Source: an uncultured Gemmatimonadales bacterium
GTDB taxonomy: Bacteria; Gemmatimonadota; Gemmatimonadetes; Longimicrobiales; Gaopeijiaceae
DNA: 64,000 nucleotides
NCBI GenBank assembly: GCA_963809895.1
Contig: CAWELD010000003.1
Location: 3,136,001-3,200,000 of the forward strand
Direction: 5' to 3'
Part shown: in pieces, positions 1-9,709 of the stretch
Layout: each line of letters starts with the position of its first letter
Numbering within the stretch: position 1 is the stretch's first letter
Translations under genes and position numbers: made by a program
The notes under the pieces: model-generated
What the model was told of the DNA's origin: nothing
Databases searched by the model: none
The model's input: only the letters and a program-made list of their open reading frames with translations

Positions 1-241
1 TGCGTACCCCCTGGATTCCGTGAACTGGCCCGGCGTGCCCGCCGCCGCGCCCCAGCGCCCCGCGGGCGCCACGCTCGGAAGCCCGAGGATGGACGCACTG
101 CTTCGGCAATTGGCCCTCCGGAACTTCTTCGTGCGCCAGGATCTGGATGAGGCCCGCGACGCCACCGAGGCCGTGCTGGCCCGGCTGGACCAGTTGCTGG
201 GCACCTCGACCCCTCCCCCGTCGACCCTACCGACGCCATGA
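1..241 (+). CDS. 3' end of a hypothetical protein (runs in from the window edge)
   Basis: Frame is open from position 2 (AYPLDSVNW...) to TGA at 239-241 with GC-rich codon usage; no recognisable family. Confidence 0.4.
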   Translation, partial: AYPLDSVNWPGVPAAAPQRPAGATLGSPRMDALLRQLALRNFFVRQDLDEARDATEAVLARLDQLLGTSTPPPSTLPTP

Positions 242-630
242 CCGATGTGGACCGCAGGAGGTCCAGGCTGTGCGGATCCCGCACCTGCCCCCCACACAGC
301 ATGCAGCACTGCTTCGTGGAGCTCCGGGAGGACGTGGACCCACCCGTCCTGTTACGCGCGCCCCAAAGCCCACGCCACATGCTCCCGCACCAGAGACTCC
401 GGATCCTCCAGCGCCTCCCGCAACACCTCCACCGCCTCCTCCGGCGGCTCGTCCACCGAAGCCAGCCAGTTCCCCATGGCCACCGCGACGTTGCGCTTGA
501 ACCCGGCGTAGCCCGCCCGCCGAATCGCCGAGCCACGCGAGAACGCGTCCCAGTCCTCGCGGGTCATCCGCATCAGCTCCACCAGCGACGGCGCATAAGT
601 CCCCGGATGCGGGGGATTACCGACACCCGA

Positions 631-707
631 CGTTTCAACTGAAAGATTCTCTTCGGTCAGCCCGGGATCGGCCCGGCCTCTACCATCGCGCGTTTCAGCT
701 GAAACGC
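631..707. promoter_or_regulatory. Two parS-like palindromes 60 bp apart
   Basis: Perfect 18-bp palindrome GCGTTTCAGCTGAAACGC at 690-707 and a degenerate copy CGTTTCAACTGAAAGA at 631-646. Arms match the parS consensus GTTTCA-CG-TGAAAC but the centre is GC or AC. Function is inferred. Confidence 0.4.
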
Positions 708-803
708 TCCTCCGCCGGGAACCCCTCCACCCAGAAGGGCAGCTCCCCCGCCCCCCGCGCCGCATACCCCGGCTCCGCGCTCACCTCCGCGAAGCGCACG
801 TTG

Positions 804-821
804 AACGGACACACCTCCTGG
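804..821. repeat. Left att junction, 18-bp direct repeat
   Basis: AACGGACACACCTCCTGG, identical to 9997-10014; encodes QEVCP(F) of QueG on the minus strand. Confidence 0.93.
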
Positions 822-904
822 GAGGATTGCCCACTTCCGCGTTACGGGATTTCGCTGAGTACGGGCGATTCAAACAGGGATCGGGCGAATGCTGATCCTG
901 ACGC

Positions 905-2024
905 TCATTCGTGAAGAAGGAGTTCTCGGGCTTCCTGCATTGCCAGGGCTGCTTCCTCTTCACTCAGTCGGATGACGAGATTCCCGGAGGGCTGATCCCC
1001 CAGCCATGGACGCATGTGTTTCCGCCACAGGTCGTAGAGTACAGGCGGGTCAACCGGCACCGGATAGGATCCAAGCGCGAAGGAGCGTCGCGTTCTCGCA
1101 TCATCGTCGAGCTGTTCCCAGTCTTCGGCTGTCGCCCGAAGGCCTGCCTTCAGATCCTGACCGGTGACGAAGGACTGCTCCGCTCCGGTCAGTTGCGGAG
1201 CAAGAAGGCGGTGAACTCGGTCGTCGGAAGCGAGCACATGGGCAAAGGGCATGTAGAAGAGGTACTGCAGGTCGATGAGGTGGGTAGCTCGATCAGAAAG
1301 GAACCGGTGACGTACGGCGATCGCGAGTGAGAGCAGGCACCGAATGCAATGGGCAGCGTACGGGGCGTACTCCTGAGCGTAGGTGAAACCAGAGGCCTGC
1401 CATTGCCGTCTTGCTTGTACCCGTTCAGGCTCGCGAGTTATCAGGGTCTGGAGGGCCCACTCGAACCACACGTCCTGAAGCGCCGTCACCGCCAGCAGGT
1501 CATCCGCGATCAGAACGATTCGAGATTCAGAGTCTGGACGGGGGAGAACGACACGGTTCTCGTTCAGGTACCGCGAAAGAGACGCGACGGAGGCCGAGCG
1601 CAGTGAGCCGCCGCCAGTACGCCGACATCTCAGCCTCTGATTCCGTGAACTGCCCCTGCGACCAGCGGAGGATCGCCTCGTTGAGCGGCGACAAGTCGAT
1701 GTGGACGCCACCTGAGCTGCTCTGGAAGAAGTTGTCGGGAAGGATCTGCCCCGTCATGGGAACCACTCCGCCCAGGAGATCGACGCGGGCGAGTTCCCGA
1801 TACGGGGCGTTCACGGGCCCTCCACTCCCACCGAACTTCCTTGCGAGCGTGGCGACCGCATCGGCGGGCCGTTTGCCGGCTGCCACATCCTTCGTGAGGT
1901 CTCCCAGCACCTCGTAGACGAGCACTGGCGTGATGTTCGGGTACAGATGCTGGAACACCACCACGTGCTCCCTCGCAGAGAGAGCCTGGAACGCTGACTT
2001 GTCGAAGATCGTGATCGGCCCCAT
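905..2024 (-). CDS. Hypothetical protein, possibly PIN-like nuclease fold (one frameshift at ~1600)
   Basis: ORFs 1527-2039 and 905-1711 join on removing one base near 1600 (RRLT-RSASVASLSRY). GGAGG precedes the ATG at 2024. N-terminal ITIFDKS, a VLVYEV motif and C-terminal DLQYLFYMPFAHVLASDD resemble PIN acidic motifs (inference). Confidence 0.6.
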
Positions 2025-2119
2025 GGGCCTTACCTCCACCTCGGGGCCGGTTGAGCTGGCCGATCACTTCCGTGTGGGTTTGCCGCCGCCGGTCAGCCAG
2101 TCAGGGTAGGCCCATCCAG

Positions 2120-4639
2120 TCACGGCAGTCGCGATTCGATCTCTACCTGGGCGGCGGATCGCACCTGCGCTTCTATCTCGGCTTCAACAGCAGTGTATAG
2201 GTCGATCTCCTCCTCGGGAGCGCGGATGCTCACGACGAGCGAGTACCGGGCGGGGAGGTGGTAGCGGTCCATGGCCACGTCGTCCTTCCACCATCCGCCA
2301 ACGGGGTAAATGCCAATGGCGTTTCGGTGAGCCAGGTCGGCTGCGGTCCCTCGCCAGACGTCCGAGTGGATTGAGCCGGAGTTCCTGACGCGCGTGTGGA
2401 GGTCCCAGCGGTCCGAATCTGCCGGACGTACCACGTCGACGTCATCCGACCGCTCAGCTCCACTCAATCGAGCCCGGAACTCGTCGTCCGTCTCGAGCGG
2501 ATGCTTAGCCTCGAACCTGAGGCCGTGCGAAGCATACTGATACCGTCGCTTCCAGCCCCTGTCACCGGGCCTTGGTTCGATGAAGTAGCTGAGCGTGACG
2601 CGCATTTCTACCTCGACCTCCCCGAGGTCGAGCATGAGGTCTTGCGGCCACGGCAGCGGATGAATGTGCATCTCTCGCGTACGCGCGGCTGCGCCGTTCC
2701 GCTCATACGGGCGAAGTTCATCTTGCGCCACGAGGGTGAGGTCATTCCTGGCGCTGTAGAGCGCCCTTTCGAGACTCGGCACGCCATACCCGAAGCGCCT
2801 GAGCAGCGTCTGCTTGTCGAGCAGCCTCAGGGTGCGCACGTCCGCACGCGACCTGGCTCCGGCGCGCCGTAACATGGCTGGTGTCCACTCGGCCGAGTGC
2901 ACAATGAGCGCCCGGATAGTTTCCGGCCATGCATTTGGAAGCTCGGCCGTCAGGTGGCCCGCGAGCTGCGCCGCAAGCGCGGAGGCCGCGCTCGTGGCCC
3001 CGAAGGGGCGATACAGCGCGAGCGCGAGCTGGTTGTTGGTTGTCAGCAGGCTCAGGTCATCGTGTGAGACGGCATGCCGACCGTTCACGATGAGGTTGCC
3101 ACCTTCAAGGACAACGTCCGGCTTGCTCGGCCATGACCTGTCCCACGGGACGGCAGTGCGACTCGTCGGGCACAGGTCTCCCGCGTCGGCCAATGGGGTT
3201 GCGTGCTGGACGGCCGGGTCCACGATGTTGACCCGTTCAGTGAACGCCCCCACGGTGAGAGCGTTCCACGCTTGGGCGGGGCTCTGGATGCCCGCGATGT
3301 CGTTCGCGTCAAGGTAGCCGGCCGGCGTGATCTGGTCCTCGTGCAGGTTACCGGCGGCGACGACGATAAGCCGCCGCGGCTCTCCGTCACCTCCGAAGGC
3401 CATTTGATCCAGTGCCGCCGACCACGAAGACGGCGTACCCCCGTCGTTCGCCGTTTCGGTCGTGGCAAGACAGACAACGCGGCGTCTATGCGGGGCCTGA
3501 GCCTCGGCGCGTGCAACACCCTCCTGCGTGATCGCACCGTAGAGTTCCGGCGGGTTCTGGCCAGATGGAGGGAGGATCTTGACGGCCTCGAGGCGATGCG
3601 TTCGGCGGACGGCGCCAGCCCCAGCAAGCACCCCCGTGAGATCACCGAACGCAGCGAGACCGGCCATGCCCGTGCCGTGTCCGCGCCATCGCGCTGCGTC
3701 ATCGGCCACGCCCCAACCCGGTTCGACCGTGTGTTGGTCGGCGGCCGCCAGAATATCTTCGAGGAGCGGATGCTCACGATTCGCCCCGCTGTCGAGCACC
3801 GTCACAGCTGTTTCGGATTCGACCGGACCGAGGCGCTCCCGCAGGTCCTCGGCCCACGCGGCTTGCTCGCGTGCGGGGAGGTCCAGAAAGAACGTCGGGA
3901 CATCGCCCGCGAGCCTGACCTCAGCGAAGGCAAGCGACTCATGCATGAGCGCAGATAGCCGCTCTGGCGTCGCCAGAGCCAACACCACCTCGCGACCTGG
4001 AAACGTGAGGAAGTGGGGCCGAACCGTGATCTCCAGAGTTCCGGCTGCCGCGAGGAAGACGTCTCGGCGCCCACTCCGGAGCCAGACTTCCCACCACGCT
4101 TCCTGATGAGGCGGTGGGAATGATTCCTGATCCCCCACGTAGATGGAGCGAAGCTCGGCCAGTCGAGCCGTTTCCATCCGCGTAACGAGCCGCTCGTTCC
4201 TTGGGCGTCCGCTACGGCTGTCCTCTCTGGTTCGGTATGCCTCTACCTTGCGGATGATCCGGTCTCCAGAGTCCTGAGGCACGAACAGCGTCGCGACAAG
4301 CTGGTCCTGTTCTTCGTCCGCTCGCGCCGACAGGAGTTCGATATTTCGGACCCGGTGTTCCAAGCTCTGCAGGACCGCTTCCTCACCCGACGGCAACCTG
4401 ACTTCCAAGTAGTATCCGAGTTCGTCGTTCGCGAACTCCGTCCTACGGTTCTCGAGAACCACGTCCCCCTCGGCGAACGCCTCTCGCAGTGCAGTCTCGA
4501 GCGCACGAGCGTGCGCCTCACGATTCCGAGCGGGGTTCGGGGGGTGCTCTATGGGTGGGCCGGGCGGGCGGGTGTACGGAGCAGGTTCGCCGCCGCCTTC
4601 GCGGTAGAAATGCGGAAGGTCGCGAGGGTACACAAGCAC
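2120..4639 (-). CDS. S8 family subtilase-like serine protease (IetS/Y4bN type)
   Basis: Catalytic triad motifs VTVLDSG, GHGTGMAG, GATSAAS; VAAGN oxyanion motif; SPAQAWNALTVGA, KPDVVLEGGN, ALIVHSAEW; no signal peptide; directly follows an AAA ATPase. Confidence 0.92.
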   Translation of the reverse strand: MLVYPRDLPHFYREGGGEPAPYTRPPGPPIEHPPNPARNREAHARALETALREAFAEGDVVLENRRTEFANDELGYYLEVRLPSGEEAVLQSLEHRVRNIELLSARADEEQDQLVATLFVPQDSGDRIIRKVEAYRTREDSRSGRPRNERLVTRMETARLAELRSIYVGDQESFPPPHQEAWWEVWLRSGRRDVFLAAAGTLEITVRPHFLTFPGREVVLALATPERLSALMHESLAFAEVRLAGDVPTFFLDLPAREQAAWAEDLRERLGPVESETAVTVLDSGANREHPLLEDILAAADQHTVEPGWGVADDAARWRGHGTGMAGLAAFGDLTGVLAGAGAVRRTHRLEAVKILPPSGQNPPELYGAITQEGVARAEAQAPHRRRVVCLATTETANDGGTPSSWSAALDQMAFGGDGEPRRLIVVAAGNLHEDQITPAGYLDANDIAGIQSPAQAWNALTVGAFTERVNIVDPAVQHATPLADAGDLCPTSRTAVPWDRSWPSKPDVVLEGGNLIVNGRHAVSHDDLSLLTTNNQLALALYRPFGATSAASALAAQLAGHLTAELPNAWPETIRALIVHSAEWTPAMLRRAGARSRADVRTLRLLDKQTLLRRFGYGVPSLERALYSARNDLTLVAQDELRPYERNGAAARTREMHIHPLPWPQDLMLDLGEVEVEMRVTLSYFIEPRPGDRGWKRRYQYASHGLRFEAKHPLETDDEFRARLSGAERSDDVDVVRPADSDRWDLHTRVRNSGSIHSDVWRGTAADLAHRNAIGIYPVGGWWKDDVAMDRYHLPARYSLVVSIRAPEEEIDLYTAVEAEIEAQVRSAAQVEIESRLP

Positions 4640-4651
4640 GTCAGCCGATCG

Positions 4652-5629
4652 TCACCGGTGTGAGGATTTTCGTTCTGCGATCGCAGAAAGGAGGGTATCG
4701 AGGTCGATCTGGGGCTTCCGCTCGAGAATCGCCGTCTTCGCTGCCTCGTCCGCGGCTCGGGCGACATCGGCTTGGCTCATTCCGGAGGCGGCGCCAGCAA
4801 CTGTCTCCCAGTCGACGGCGCTCGTATCGAACGTCGCAAGCCGCGCATGCATAATCCCGATGGCCACTTCCGCACCTGGCAGAGAGTATTCGATCACATC
4901 GTCGAACCTGCGAAACAGAGCGGGATCGAGTAGTTCCAGATGGTTCGTCGCTGCGATGACAAGCCCTTCGGATTCGTCCTGTTCGAGGAACTGCAGGAAT
5001 GAGTTGAGTACTAGGCGTATTTCTCCGACATCGTTGCCGGCGGACCGCCGGGAGCCGATAGCGTCGAACTCGTCGAAGAAGTAGACGCCTCGCGTCTGTG
5101 CCATGGCGTCGAACACGAGCCGGAACTTGGCGGCAGTCTCTCCCAGGAACTTCGTCAGGACACCCTCCAACCGGATTGTGAAGAGAGGGAGTTTCAATTC
5201 GCCGGCGAGGGCTGCCGCCGTCATCGTCTTGCCCGACCCGGAGGGGCCTACCAGCAACAGCTTTCTCCGTGGCATAAGCCCGTGGGAGCGAAGCTTCAAC
5301 TGTTGCTTCTGCTCATTCAGAACCCGTTTGAGCCGAAGGGCGACCTCATCGGTCAAGACCATGTTGCCGAGCCGAAGGTCCGGGTAGATGACCGAGAGCA
5401 GGTTCGCGATGTCGCCCTGAGGCGGCGTGAGCGGAATCGCGCCCTTGCGCTCGACGGCTGACCGCTTCGCCTTCGCTTCGTCGATGAGCTCACGAAGCTC
5501 CTGTGCGATCTTGGAGTGACCCCGACGAGCCTCATGAGCGGCGGCTTGCATGGCCACGGCCATGAACTGTGCATCATACCCCTCGATGTGGCTCCGCAGC
5601 AGAGCGATGATGTGGCGAGCTGTGCTCAT
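4652..5629 (-). CDS. AAA+ ATPase (IetA type)
   Basis: Walker A GPSGSGKT, Walker B YFFDEFD, IAATNH and LDPALFRRFD second region of homology; 12 bp upstream of the S8 protease. Confidence 0.93.
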   Translation of the reverse strand: MSTARHIIALLRSHIEGYDAQFMAVAMQAAAHEARRGHSKIAQELRELIDEAKAKRSAVERKGAIPLTPPQGDIANLLSVIYPDLRLGNMVLTDEVALRLKRVLNEQKQQLKLRSHGLMPRRKLLLVGPSGSGKTMTAAALAGELKLPLFTIRLEGVLTKFLGETAAKFRLVFDAMAQTRGVYFFDEFDAIGSRRSAGNDVGEIRLVLNSFLQFLEQDESEGLVIAATNHLELLDPALFRRFDDVIEYSLPGAEVAIGIMHARLATFDTSAVDWETVAGAASGMSQADVARAADEAAKTAILERKPQIDLDTLLSAIAERKSSHR

Positions 5630-5774
5630 CGTCGAGGAGTCCGAATCTTCTGGTGGGACCGGTGTGCCGTCGTGTGCCGTACGCGCGAGTAAAATGGTTC
5701 GGGATCAAAGGGGAATATATCCTGGCCCTCGATTCTGGCCCGGCCGCTTTGATGGTAGGATGTAAGCGGCCTCG

Positions 5775-6757
<983 letters not shown>

Positions 6758-7193
6758 GTCTCTGGCGGCGAGATTCACCCTTCTCAATCTGGCCTCCGGG
6801 AGGCGGCACCGCCACCGGATGACCCACCGCCTGCCCGGCAAGGGGGCATGTATCGTGTTGGTGAGCACCAAGCCTTGACGACGACGTTCCCCGACCGCGC
6901 CTCACATCACGTCAGCCCGCCTGAATGGAGGTGGTGCATAGTTGCCGCACCTGACCCCGTCGCAGTCTGCAACCCTTGCGGGCGGATAGCGCCGGCCGGC
7001 CGGCCGGTGTAGGCATCCGCGTTCACGTGTTGTCGAAAGGGCCTTCCTCCAACGACGCTATCCCTTCCCTGGCGCGGTGGCCGCTCCAACTCGAATCCGT
7101 GAATCCCCTCACCACCGGTACAGTGGCATCCAACAGACCAGCCCGCCTCCGGGAAAGGCGATCCCACACGAATCGAAGACCGGGAGACGCGCA

Positions 7194-7571
7194 ATGTCGC
7201 AAGCTCTGAATGCCATCGCGAAGGACTGGCGCCAGGAGGCCGATAATCTCAGCAGCCGCTACGCAGATGGCCGTCTCGCTGCGCTCTGCGAGACCCACGC
7301 CGGAGAGTTGGACGCACTCCTCAGGACCCAGCTCGACGAGGAACTGACTTTGAAGCAGGCAGCTCGGATCAGCGGATACAGCTATTCGCACCTGCGTCGC
7401 CTCCTGGACGCGGGGGAACTGGCCAACATGGGGATCGAAGGGCGCCCCCGCGTGCGCCTTGGTGATCTGCCGTTCAAGGCTGGGCGGGCCGTGCCCCTCG
7501 GAGCGCTGAGTGCCGCGAAGCGGGCGCAGAGCCGTGTGAAGGCCAAGGGTCGGGTACGCCCGATCGGGTGA
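7194..7571 (+). CDS. Helix-turn-helix (HTH_17/excisionase-like) DNA-binding protein
   Basis: LTLKQAARISGYSYSHLRRLLDAGEL is a MerR/Xis-like wHTH pattern; lies immediately upstream of the recombinase. Confidence 0.75.
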   Translation: MSQALNAIAKDWRQEADNLSSRYADGRLAALCETHAGELDALLRTQLDEELTLKQAARISGYSYSHLRRLLDAGELANMGIEGRPRVRLGDLPFKAGRAVPLGALSAAKRAQSRVKAKGRVRPIG

Positions 7572-7652
7572 CGAAGGGGGAGTGCCCGCCGGTGGGGCGG
7601 GATCGCAACTACGAAGGGCACACACTCACACGAACACAGACCCCTCAGATCC

Positions 7653-9709
7653 ATGAGCAAGAAGAACGTCATCATCGTCGAGGAAAGGAAGCCCGACCTG
7701 CACGGGGATTCGGTCTTCGAGGTAGAGCTGGAGCCTGGCGTCGAGGCCTCCCCGATTCGCTGGAGCGGTCAGAGCGAGCCGAGGCTCTGGTCCCTCACGC
7801 TGACGCATGTCAGCGGTCTGCAGGTGGTGGTGAGGGAGCGGGTTCGCGGCACTATCGAACTCGAATCGGAGTTCATCGACAGACGCGGAGGTGTTCTCAC
7901 GGTCAAGCCCCTGGTGGGGTTCTTCCCGATCGGATTCGTGTCACACGGAAGAGCTCGCGCGAGGATGAGAAACAGAAGTTCTCGCATGATCAGCAGAACG
8001 ACGACATGACAGCCGAATGGGGGGCGATCGACCCGGTCTGGTGGTGGAAGGAGAGCCGGAGCGGAACCAGCTTCGATCGTCCCTCCTTCCAGGACGTGCT
8101 CGACTTCTGTCGGTCCAATCCTCGCCCTGTCGGGGAGCCCGGCAGAGTGGAATGGTGGGCACCCCACCGGTTCGGGCGTAGCCTGGACGTGAACGGCCAG
8201 CCGGACATCATGAAGTTCATGGCCATGTACAACGAGTTCCAGAACCCGGAGTGGCACCTCCACTTCCTCAAGGTCCCCGGGTGAACCATCCCCTGGGGGA
8301 CGTGTTGAACATCGCTGTCTATGCCTACGCCGCGGCGGTGTACTCCAAGGACCTCTCGGAAAACGCCACCCGCGGTCGGCGTAGCGAGGGCGAGAAGGGT
8401 TGGTGGGTGAACGGCCAGGCTCCGTGGGGGACGAAACGCAAGGACACCCTTGAGGACCGAATTCTCGAGCCTGGCGAGAAGTCGAAGCCGGGTGGCGGGG
8501 GGACGATCCTGGTTGAGGACCCGGACATCCTACCGCATTGGAGGCCGTCCGCGGAGTCGTTCCTGGCGGGCGCCTCGTACAAAGGCATCGGCGAGGACCT
8601 CTACGACGTCGGCTTGCGCGGTCCTCAGGGCGGCGCCTTGGGACACCGACACATCCGGAACTTCCTCACGAACCGGCACCTGATCGGCGAGGTGAAGGTC
8701 CGAGACGCGGATGGCAACGTACAGTGGCCCCCGCCAAGTGGGATGCGCTGGTCGATCGCGCACTGTTCGAGAAGGTCGTGCAGGAGGCGGAGCGGCGGAA
8801 GTCACAGCCCCGGGACAAGAAGCGCACGTCGAAGGGGACCTTCCTCCTGCGGCCCGCATGCGCCCACTGCGGGATCGAGTACCACGGCGGACGTAACGGA
8901 AAGAAGCAGGGGAGTGCATGCACATACGTCCACCCGAAACCCCACAAGGTCCATCACCCCGAGATCTACGACGCCTATGTGGAGCACGAGTGCCGCGGGT
9001 GGACTGTACTCGCGGACGAGCTCGAAGGGGCGGTCAAGGACCTCATTCTCCGTGAGCGGACGTCTGTAGGCTACGAAGAGGAGATCCGGGCGCTGATCCT
9101 GGAGAAGGAGCAGTTCGAGCAGGGCGCCGCCGCCGCGGTGAAGGCGGCTGAGCAGAAGGTTGAAGACCTGGAGACCCAGCATCGGAGCCAAAGCCGGAGG
9201 TTGGCTCGTCTTCAGGAGAGGGAGATCGATGAGGACGCGCCCCTCGACGAACTGCGAGGCGACCCAGCAGAAGCTCAACGCCGCCCGATCAGAGGTCGAG
9301 AAGGCGCACGAGTTCCGACGCTCCCGAAGAGGTGGCCTGGGACCGCCTATCGAAGGTCATCGACGAGACGCGCAACCTTGCCGAGACGTGGGACAAGGTC
9401 GGGCTCGATGAGCGTAGGCTCCTACTCGACTGGTGGGTCCTGGACGTCCAGATCGTCGTGGAGCCGATCGAAGGGATGAAGAAGGCCAACGAAAAGACGG
9501 CCATCGTGACGCTCCGAAGTGACCCGAACGCCTCCCGCTACTTCGGGCTCGGTAACCGCCTCTCCAAGGCCGACTCGAGTTCGCCCCGGACGAACGCGTC
9601 GTCTTCTGATTCCGACGCCGCCGACAGCACGTCGGCGGCGTCTGCCGAGTCGATGCACCGCAAGCGCCCCGGCGGCGTGCCCGCGAACCAATGGATCAGG
9701 GTCTTGTAG
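7653..9709 (+). CDS. Large serine recombinase (integrase), frameshifted in this assembly
   Basis: Pieces across frames: (Y)TRKSS catalytic motif at ~7941-7957, SGTSFDRPSF, RFGRS, YSKDLSENATRG...GWWVNGQAPWG recombinase domain, CAHCG...C...C zinc ribbon, coiled coil, ERRLLL C-terminal motif. Frameshifts near 7941, 8280, 8730, 9255 and 9325. True stop is uncertain (see findings). Confidence 0.88.

Larger units (their letters stand above)
352..821 (-). pseudogene. queG: Displaced original 3' end of queG (epoxyqueuosine reductase)
   Basis: Minus strand from the att repeat reads QEVCPFNVRFAEVSAEPGYAARG, then after one frameshift (~705-770) ...PSLVELMRMTREDWDAFSRGSAIRRAGYAGFKRNVAVAMGNW...LEDPESLVREHVAWALGRA*, the typical QueG C-terminus. 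It has no N-terminal half; that lies at 10015-10895. Confidence 0.88.

Noticed and set aside
352..803. Independent second queG paralogue or tandem duplication
   Set aside because: It begins exactly at the att repeat, lacks the N-terminal half and differs substantially from the other 3' half. Displacement by integration explains it better, though an older element-borne copy cannot be excluded.
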